Shown here piece after piece: positions 54,601-64,000 of a stretch of 64,000 nt of DNA; position 1 is the first letter of the stretch, and every line of letters starts with the position of its first letter. Source of the stretch: Trichoplax adhaerens. Taxonomy: Eukaryota; Animalia; Placozoa. Below the pieces are notes generated by a model. It was not told the origin of the DNA and did not search any database. It was given only the letters and a program-made list of their open reading frames with translations. The translations under genes and the position numbers were made by a program. Location of the stretch: the NCBI RefSeq assembly GCF_000150275.1, contig NW_002060946.1:4111454-4175453 (forward strand), given 5' to 3'.

Positions 54601-57600
54601 AACAAGACCGAAAACTATCATTATTACTGGCTAAACTGAGAAAATAATTCTTGTAATTTCATCGATTGATGATATTAAGCTTCGTTCTTATTCGATGTTT
54701 TCATAGTCGCCTTTGGGTAATGGGGTGAATATATAACAAGGAAATAATCGTATTAGTTAGAATGGTGTATTAAAATATAGCTGGAGTTGATGATGAATTG
54801 TTGCTTTCTTCTTTCAGAGCTATACTTCTGAAATCGTCAGGCCTCTTCTAATATAATATTGCGGATGCCACTAGAAATGATTTGGCGCATTATAACAATA
54901 TCCAACTATACCGGTAACCATTTGTTGAAGTTATTAAACTGTCGATGTATCGCATAGGAATTAATAAACTTACCTAGTCTTCGATTAAAAAAATATCGTT
55001 ATTTCCGTAGGTTAACAATTGTTTCTACCTTGCATGATCTAACTTAATCAATGTCATTTATATGTATCGAAGATTGGTAGCATTATTTTAACATGTGTAC
55101 TATTAGCTTCCAAACGGATCATCTAATTGTTGATGTCGTATTGAATTTCCGCTTACCCGTTACCGGCATCTCTTTGTTTTAGGTGCTTATCCAACCGGAA
55201 AATGACCTCAAGGGCGAGGTATTGGGAACATTGATTAATGTCTGGTGGAACAAAAAATCGGATACACGCATAGATAAGATTAACTCTAGCAATAATGACC
55301 ATCAAAATGAGTGAGAAACTGAGGGTACATTCAAACAAGGCTCGATTAATGAGGTGATTATAGTGTAGTTCTATTTGAAAGCATTATCTTTAATTGCAGG
55401 CACGGATAGCCTACTAAGTCCTAGTTATAATAGAATTTTTTCCAGTAGATAATAATGCTGCTGTTTTTGGTATCATGCTCATAATTTGCTTGGAAAAGTT
55501 CGTAGACTTTATTACTTCAATTACTGATCAGCTCAAGACATGGTATTACTACAGCATAATCTAGAGTATCAGTGAGTTCTTGCTGACAGGGTCACTTTAT
55601 ATGTTCGAAGAATTTTCTATAGATCGATTTGAGATCGTTTAATACTGACTTATTGGACTAAATCATTTTAACAATCATCAAAGTATACGTGATATCCTCT
55701 ATGATCAATATTTTAGTTTAACAATTGGTGGATATTTTTACGTATGTGAAAGATGCAAAAAGCTAACAACGGCAATTTTTCTATAAAAGATGGCATCGCT
55801 TCTTTATAACGTTTGCTTCTCAGAGTTAAATAAGTCTATTTTCAAATTAGGATACGATGTATTGTTATATGCGATTCTATCCTTTCGCTATCGATATAGT
55901 AAATACTGTACATGCTATCAAGATAATCCTTCTTCGTTCTTGTAGAATTCGATATATTGACTGATGCGACGCAACTCTAACCATATAAATGATGCTAATG
56001 ACAAGATATAATGTAATGTACCATACATTGTCTGTAATTATAGCAATTTATGAATGCCTCTTCAGCTCTCTCTCTACGTATATTCACATTGGACGAATTA
56101 ATAGGAAACTGGAAGCATGTACTAGAGTGATATATCCACTATAGCTTTACATTTGTATTAAAGCTCTCCACTAATTCCTATAAAAGTACCGAATTTTTTT
56201 ATTAAATTTTTATTATTTGCATATCCAGCGATGTAACAAGACAGAATTGTAATATACTGCAATCTATCTGCATACAAGATCACAGAAATCAGTCGATAAT
56301 AATTAATTATCTGAAACGCATTCTATAATTCTTCTACACATGTGGATTCTAATTCTCATCAAATTGTATCATGTTTAACTAAGAACCGGAAAAGTCCTAT
56401 TACTTTGTTGCTTATTTATAGCATACATAAGGTGAGATATAATGTTTAGGATTGTAAAGATATTAGAAAGAAATGAATTCCTATAGCCGTTGTGGATATT
56501 TTTTCTATAAATTGAAACGTCGCACTGAATACGTCTGCTGACATAAACTATTCGTTGAAATTTTTTATAAAATACTATTTCTTATGAGATATTGATACAT
56601 GTGCGTATGATATGGATGACAAAATGTTATTTGGCAGTAACTAACCACAACGACTATCACAAGAATTACTTCATTTATCTTTGGAATAAAAATTGAGATA
56701 CGTACAGAGTTTATTGATTATTTTATCTGAAGTCATTCATAGCTTACAACCAAGATGAGATAGAAGTTACAGAACAAGGTTGCTATTAAACGTGTTAATA
56801 TCAGTACTTTAAATTAGACGGTAAAATATCAAATAGTTCTATCCTAGGTTATCGCTTGATTTAATTAAACGTGTTTATATGTCTATGACGAAATTTAAAC
56901 ACACAGTACCAACATAAATCGACAGAATCTCATTTTATTGCTTGCTACTATAATATTTAGCGGCTCATTTGTTGCATAGTGTTTAACTACGGTACATTTT
57001 TGGTCCAAATTTTAAATTAAATTACATTTTTAAAAAATTTCTTGCTCCTCTTGAAACAGGTAAATAACATGATGATATAGGAGTGTATAAATTTCGTACG
57101 GATAAGTATTTTATAAAATAATTTTTAATAAGTCTGGATATCTTCGCCACTTTATTCCTTTACGTAGGTATATCACTTTTTGACGAAGACTAGACGAAAT
57201 AATGCTCAGACTACATGAAAAATTGAAAAGTATACGTACTTTTACCGTATCTTGCATTATTCTTACCCATGCAAGCAATCGATCCTATCTTATGTTCTAT
57301 ATTTGAAAAGAGTAATATGAAACTAGAGCCTATTATAAGTACTTGTCATGGTAATCGTGCCGCGACAAGTAATCTTATATATGTAAATTGTTAATAAATA
57401 TAGAATTGTTAAATAAATTCAATTTCTGGTAAGAGCTAGTGAATTAGTTTGATACTTAACTTATGAGAGCTCAAAAGTCAGAATGTGTTCGTGAATAATC
57501 TTGCGTTACATGCGCTCTAATATATTTTAAAGTAGAGCATAAAGTTATACAAATTTAGATCTAAGAATATACCACAGCGGATATTGTTTAGTAATGTTCA

Positions 57601-59108
57601 ATTCCATTTATATGTTGTATACTCTGTAGCTGCTTGCGAATAAAGTTGAAAGATGTAAAAGCGAGTTGCTTTTATAATAAAGAGAGTTCTAGATTTGATC
57701 TTACAGTAGTAAAGACTGATGTTTGTGTTTAGCTGCAGTTGGAAGTAGTTCCTGTGTTACAAAAGTGGTTGTAACAGTACTGTATTTCGTGCGTGAACTA
57801 AATCTATAGCTTCACTGTTTGAAGATACGAATAGGTGTGATCTATTAGAACCCAACTCTTAATAGACATTATATAAAGCGCTAATTTTAAATGTATAGTC
57901 TTCACAGTTACTAATAACTTAACTATCGAAAAATTGCAAAGAAATAATCTATCACGTATTCTTTAAGAACATCATTAATTAAAATTTAAATTTTAATGTA
58001 AAATTGTTTATTATTTTGCCTGTTTTTGTGCGAATGCGATTAAGGAATTTAATTCATTAGTCATATTGTATTAGTAAAAATGATCTAATGAATATTTTCA
58101 TGTGACTAATAATATAAATTAGTTAAGTTTTGCATTATAATTGTTATTACAGTTTAAACAATCAAGTTAAGAAAATTAATTAAACGAAATGTTAACTAGG
58201 CTTAGCAATTATATAATTATTAAAGTTAAAAAAAAATTAAAATTAGACAAAATCAAACTGTATCAGTCAATTCATTTTCATCAGCTAAATGGGTTGACAT
58301 TTTTTAAATTTCGGAAGTTATAATTGACTGATATCTTCTTATAATATCAGTTCGTGACAGTATGATGTAAAAATATTAATCTACCTCTTCACAATCAATT
58401 ATGAAGCATGAAATTAGTAGATGCAGTATAAAAAGTGCTCAAGTTCAACTTGTCGATTTTGTGTTGAAAAATTAATGATGTACAGCAAACTCATTAATTA
58501 TTTTTAAGTGATGGCATTAGGAAAGTCTAATTAACAAATGTCCTTGGATGATCTTCCATAATAATAAAATAAAAATGGCATATAGAAAAAATTACTAATT
58601 ATCTATCTTAATTCATAATTCAGCTATAGGGCTAAATTGATGATATGATTAATTAATTATATTAATTATCAATATTGGCAATCTTAGTTGAATATACTAT
58701 CGTTACCATATCTATACCTATTCATACGATATCTGTTTGGATAAAGTAATCGTAAGAAAATAGGAAGTAATAGTAGGAAGAAAGTCAAGAAACAAGAAAG
58801 GAAAATAAAGATTTAATGGTAAGGTGAGTATTTACTTTAATTCGAATATCTCATGCATCGAAATTATTCTCTATCCAATATATTAGCAGTGCCCATACTT
58901 GCGATCAGAAAGTTAGAAATTATGGCTGTAGTCCTATAGTGATTATATATTCCGTTAAGATGAATACCAACGTATAGACTATATACCAAGCAGAGTAGTT
59001 TATGCCGATAATTTTATTCTTTTAATTTACTATTGGCGTTAAACCTTGTTTAGGTGCGGTATTTATCAGCTTGAAAACCACCGTAACAACTAACTTTATG
59101 TGTTTACT

Positions 59109-61082
59109 TTAATAGTAGCCAGCAAAGTTTCTAGGTCTCTTTCTTCTATTTCCATGATAATAATGGCCATTAGAGGCAGTACGTTTTGGATGAGTGAATT
59201 TGTCATGACTATTCCTTTCGTAATAATTATTGCGTGTGTTCGAATGGTGATGGCGATATCGATCACCATTATTATTATTGTCTAGTCGATGGCTATTACT
59301 ATCATGGGAGCGCATATCAGAGGTAGATTTAGAGTGCCTATTGCTTTCATGAATTTGATTTTTCAAATTGGTTACAGAATTCATTAAAGAGGATGCCGCA
59401 GGATTAGTAATAGGATGAACATTGGTTTTCGATGGCTTAATATCTTGACTATCGTTATTTTTATTATTATTTTGCAATCGGTTTTCATTGGGTCGGTGAT
59501 TGGATCCAGACAGTTGAATATCCCTATCATGATAGTTATTGATTGCATTGGTGGATGTTGACGAATTGCGATGATTCACATTATTATTATTGGTATTAGC
59601 ATTGGTGTTGGTGTCCATATTGTCGAGATGGCCATCATTAGCTCGAGTTGCAGTTCCTTTAGCATGATAGGTACTAAGATGTTTCTTAAGTGAAATAGCA
59701 CTAGTAAATGTCATCGAGCATAAAGAACACTGTATTAATCCATGTTGACGATTATGTTCATCAAGTTCAGTAACAGTATTGAATTTTTCCGAACAAGTTG
59801 AGCACGGATAAACTTGAGAGCCATTACTTTCTGAATTACTGGAAATATTAACATCAACTTCATCCACTGAGTCAGGATTATCGATTCCATGTTGAATGAT
59901 CAGATGGCGCTTTAAGGATAATTTATTACTAAAAAATTTTCTACAGTAGCTACATCGATAAGCGCCGGAGTGTTTCTTAACATGTTCACGTAAATAATAA
60001 ACGCTAGTAAAGGATTTCGAGCAAGAATCGCATGAATAACGTAATCGGCCAGAACGTACAGTAATTGCAGAATCCTTATTGATATCGTTATCATCGTTTT
60101 TATCCATATCTAATTCCTGTTGATCATCATCGCCTCGATCATTGAGTAATTCTTTCGATTGGCGAGTAATCATTCTCCTAGTAATCATACCTCTTTCAGG
60201 TTCTGCATCAACTAGATGATGATTTATATCGACGTGATTACTTCTATGATGGCCTTCTGTTCGCGCAGCTTTACCAATTTCCGCATCATTTTCTACTTCC
60301 TCATCATCATTTGTATTAACATGGTTGTTCTCATTCGCATGCCCATTACTTGGATGCACAATTTTATCTTGATAGTCACGGCGTGTTTGAGTTTGATCCT
60401 GATTGCTATTTTGATTGGCAAATAGTGGTACATTACTCTCATCGTAGTGATTTTGTCGTGTCATTGCCATTCCATTGGTGTTATTACTTGTTGCAGTAAG
60501 ATGGTGATTTTCTTCAATAGGATGAAAGCGGTGATTGGTGATCGTATTGACCATGTTAACATCTTTACTCGATGGATTAGAAGTCTCACGATGGTTAAGA
60601 GGATGTTGTGCTGGTTGTGGTTGTTGTTGAGTTTGTTTAACCGCTTTTTGAAAGCTGTAAAATTCTTTTTCATGATATTTTTTCATATGCTTGTTGACTG
60701 CCGAGATACAACTGAATGGTTTGCTGCAAAATTTGCATACACATGAACTTGGCTGGTTATGCATTTTAACGTGAGCTTTCATGTAGGTTAGGCTAGTAAA
60801 TTGTTTATTACAGATTTCACATTCGTAATAATTTTTACCACTTTCATCTTCGCCCACTTTACTAATAAATGAGGATCGTTTAGCACTATCTTGTGAATCG
60901 TGATTATCACCGTTACTGCTGGTTGCTGTTGGAGTGGTAGTAGTATTGCTAGAATTGTGCTGGCTGTTGTTATTAGCATTGATGGGAATAGTACGATAGC
61001 CATCTTTCTCTCGGCTAGGTGTTGATGTGGTTAATTTTTGACTGTTTTGTTGATTCAGACTAGATCGATTACCCTCCATGGA

Positions 61083-61115
<33 letters not shown>

Positions 61116-61668
61116 GAACAAGTCATCATCGCTATGAGAGCTAGAATTCATGGATGGCAGGTGATTAGGATAATAATTAGCATGATAGCGAAAATGATGG
61201 TTTTGCCGGTCTTCTTCATTATTACTGGCTATCGATGAATCATTTCGAGAATGGTAGTATTGTCGACTTTGCTCCTCAGAGCGATGGATAATTGGATGAG
61301 TGGATGCTATAATGTGCTTGCTATGATCGGCTGTATCGCTATGATTCGATGTTCTATCATCATCAGCAACTTCGCCATCGGCATGTTCATCATCGGGTGA
61401 TATAACTCCGTTATGATAATCTTTAATATGCTTATTGAGTGAGGATGTACAACTGAAAAGTTTATTGCATTCAGGGCAACGGAAGGAATCAGGTATCTCA
61501 TGAACACGAATATGCGCTTTCAAATAAGAATTACTGCTAAAAGATTTACCACAATATTTACATGTAGGTGATCGCTTTAACATACTAGGTGATAATTCTT
61601 GTCGTTCATTGTTGGCAAATTTAACGGGCGATAGACGTTGTATATTAGAATTATTTTGCTGTTGATGC

Positions 61669-61702
<34 letters not shown>

Positions 61703-62624
61703 GCTGCTGCTGCTGCGGCTGCTGTTGTTGTTGTATCAGTAAACCACTAGCGTTGGCAATGGCGTAGCTGCCATCGATAACATATTTGCCGGCTGCTACT
61801 GGATATTGTGCAAGGCATGGTACATGTGAATAAGGATCCATGATTGCTGCCGCTATTGGATTGTGCCGATTGGCAGCAGAATAAGTGTAAAGGCTTGGAT
61901 CAACGAGTGGTCGAGGTAGGCAATTATTTAAAACTGCAGCATTGCTTCTATCATAGACTTTGGAAAGATTGCTGCTACTATCATTACTGTTTGTATCTTT
62001 GTCTTTCTTTTCTAACCCATTCATAACATGATCACTGTTTTCCTTGTCTTCTTCAGCTTTTCCTCTTGCTGGATTATTTTCGCCTACTTTGCTCGTTTGA
62101 TAACTACGTAATGATTCTTTTCGAGTACTGATATGATCCCGTTTACCTTGATCGTTTTCTTCGCCCTCTTCGTTATCATCAGCAAGCAATACTAACCAAG
62201 CGATAACACTGGATGTTAGCGTAGCTACGGAAGAAGCCATGGCGATGTTGAGTGTTTCGCCTAATGATGATGATTGATCTAAGTCAATGGATGATTTAAC
62301 AACTTCATCTGCCCATAACGTTAACTGAGCTAAAGAATAACGGACGTAATCCAATTTTGAAGTGAATTGATCGGAAGATGCTTGAGAGGAAATTCTGTTT
62401 AAATTATATGAAATATTTAACAAGCATTTTTGCATAGAATGGTAAGATTCTTTGATTAAATTGGCTTCATCGGGGTTTTCAGTTGTAGACCTTTTATACC
62501 CAACTGGACTAAATTTATCTGCAAAAATAACGATATCATGGCAGATTGAGGTGATTTCGCCAGCTGTACAATCGTCATTACCCAAGAGTTCTTGTAATTT
62601 TTTTAATGACACAGCCGTTAATTC
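59109..62624 (-). CDS. C2H2 zinc-finger protein with 8 fingers in 4 separated pairs and polyQ/polyN tracts. This is a 3.5-kb terminal exon; upstream exons were not located.
   Basis: Finger pairs are CKYC..HIRVH/CPEC..HIKDYH, CEIC..HVKMH/CKFC..HMKKYH, CDSC..HVKKH/CSYC..HLIIQH and CSTC..HNRQH/CSLC..HLSTYH. The acceptor tttag|GAA lies at 62625/62624. The ORF-track start (GTG) is not a true start. Confidence 0.88.
61657..61733 (-). repeat. CAA/CAG trinucleotide tract encoding polyQ. An AAT polyN tract also lies at about 61083-61118.
   Basis: (TGT/TGC)n on the + strand within the zinc-finger exon. Confidence 0.9.
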
Positions 62625-63263
62625 CTAAATTGATCAAAGGATAATGTTACTATTGCAAGATGGTTTATTAAGATAGTAATTAACAGATATTATGCAATGA
62701 ATTGCAACTTTGTAGATAATTGGATAATGTTAATATGCCAAAGATAGTTTATTGAGGTTGTAATTAACAGACATTATGTAATGAATTGCAACATTTTAGG
62801 ATGGGATATTTAGACTTGATTGATCAATGGATAAAATTATTATTGTAAAGACATTTTACTGAGGATTTAGTCTGCTTATGATATGAATACAAATTGCAGT
62901 ACCGGCTGCAAATTATAGGTTAACGATCCTTTTACCAGAGTTTGCTAAGCGCAAGATCACCATTTTATATATTAAACTATTCCCCAACTTTCCTCACTCT
63001 AGCTGACGTGCAAAATTAAATTAGTTGTAATCGGCAAAGCTCTACAACTGTCCATTTGAAATTGGAAATTTTCCGCTTTGTGGGTCCATCTATTCAACCT
63101 AATTATGGCTATAGTCGCAACCTGAAAGTTCATTTACCAAACTTTACTATAAAAGTATAAGATTAACCTTTGCAGGTTAAAACTATTCCCAATTTCCCGA
63201 GTGTTGATGGCAAAATCCGGTTGATACGGTAGGAATGCGCAATGGTCAATACAATTTGATAAT

Positions 63264-63863
63264 GCCAAGATTTATTGTAAAAGAACGGGCTGACTATAGT
63301 ATGAATTTAAAAACTATCCAAGCGTTCTGTTAAACACACATGGATTAAAATACAGCGGAAGGATTCTCTATATATTATCAACGATGGATATAATAATTAG
63401 ATAGAGTAAACTAAAATATATATATATATATTTATCGATGATGAATAGAATCATTAGATAGACTAAAGTATAACATAAATGTGCGTATGCTGTATATATC
63501 GATAATGAATGTAATAATCAGATAGAGTAAACTATAATATATATTTATCGATGATGAATATAATACTGTAATTAGATAGGGTCAAACTATAACTTATTTT
63601 TTCACCTAGTTGTAGAACTATTTCTAATTTCCCGGCTATCAGTGATAAAGTTCAATTAGTAGTAATGTACCAAGTTCTACAATCTGACAATGTCATAATA
63701 AACGCCAAAATTTATTTTAAAAGAACGGCCTGAATATACTGTAGTATCAATTTAAAAACTATCCAAGTGTCCCGTCGAGCATACCTTGATTAAAACTCAA
63801 CGGAACGATTCTGTATGTATTATCGATGATGGATACAATAATTAATTAGATAGAGAAAACTAT
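63264..63863. repeat. Diverged ~150-bp direct repeat (63264-63413 and 63703-63863) with internal ~55-bp subrepeats
   Basis: GCCAA.ATTTATT.TAAAAGAACGG..AATTTAAAAACTATCCAAG..GATTAAAA..CGGAA.GATTCT occurs twice. TATCGATGATG..AGATAGAGTAAACTA-like units recur about 5 times. Confidence 0.85.
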
Positions 63864-64000
63864 AAATCATTTGCCTTCCTAGCTGTATGCTGGTGTTGCT
63901 ATAATCGATGATAGTATTACTATCATCGATTAACCGTGGGAATTAATGACATGGGAAAGGCAGGGATCACACTTTACATAGGGTCTCCACTCTTGGTAGT

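Noticed and set aside
55183-55218. 36-nt exon-like segment ttttag|GTGCTT..GGCGAG|gtattg (VLIQPENDLKGE)
   Set aside because: No partner exons or homology were found, and isolated splice-like signals are common.
59100-62026. Short ORFs overlapping the zinc-finger exon in other frames or on the other strand
   Set aside because: They are shadow ORFs of low-complexity N/Q/H codons.

Overview
This is AT-rich, intron-dense animal genomic DNA with short GT-AG introns and abundant ACAGT/ACTGT pentamer arrays. A placozoan such as Trichoplax is my inference for the source. The first 29 kb is a compact housekeeping block: MEAK7/TLDC1 (3' part, +), gamma-SNAP NAPG (-), a degenerate extended-SDR/epimerase-like gene (-), casein kinase II alpha (-, one exon partly in an N gap), intronless PM20D2 (+) and DGAT1 (-). 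The remainder is gene-sparse and holds three unusual genes. The first is an 8-exon, ~508-aa membrane protein built from three tandem MS4A/CD20-like units, each keeping a 57-nt phase-0 exon (32267-36315). The second is a 2-exon gene joining a NOL4-type N-terminus and H2C2 zinc module to a catalytically degenerate KRBA2/SCAND3-type integrase core (49860-51608). The third is a large exon encoding four dispersed C2H2 finger pairs (59109-62624, -). I found no tRNA, rRNA or CRISPR. All exon models were built by hand from splice signals and remembered homology; no database search was run.
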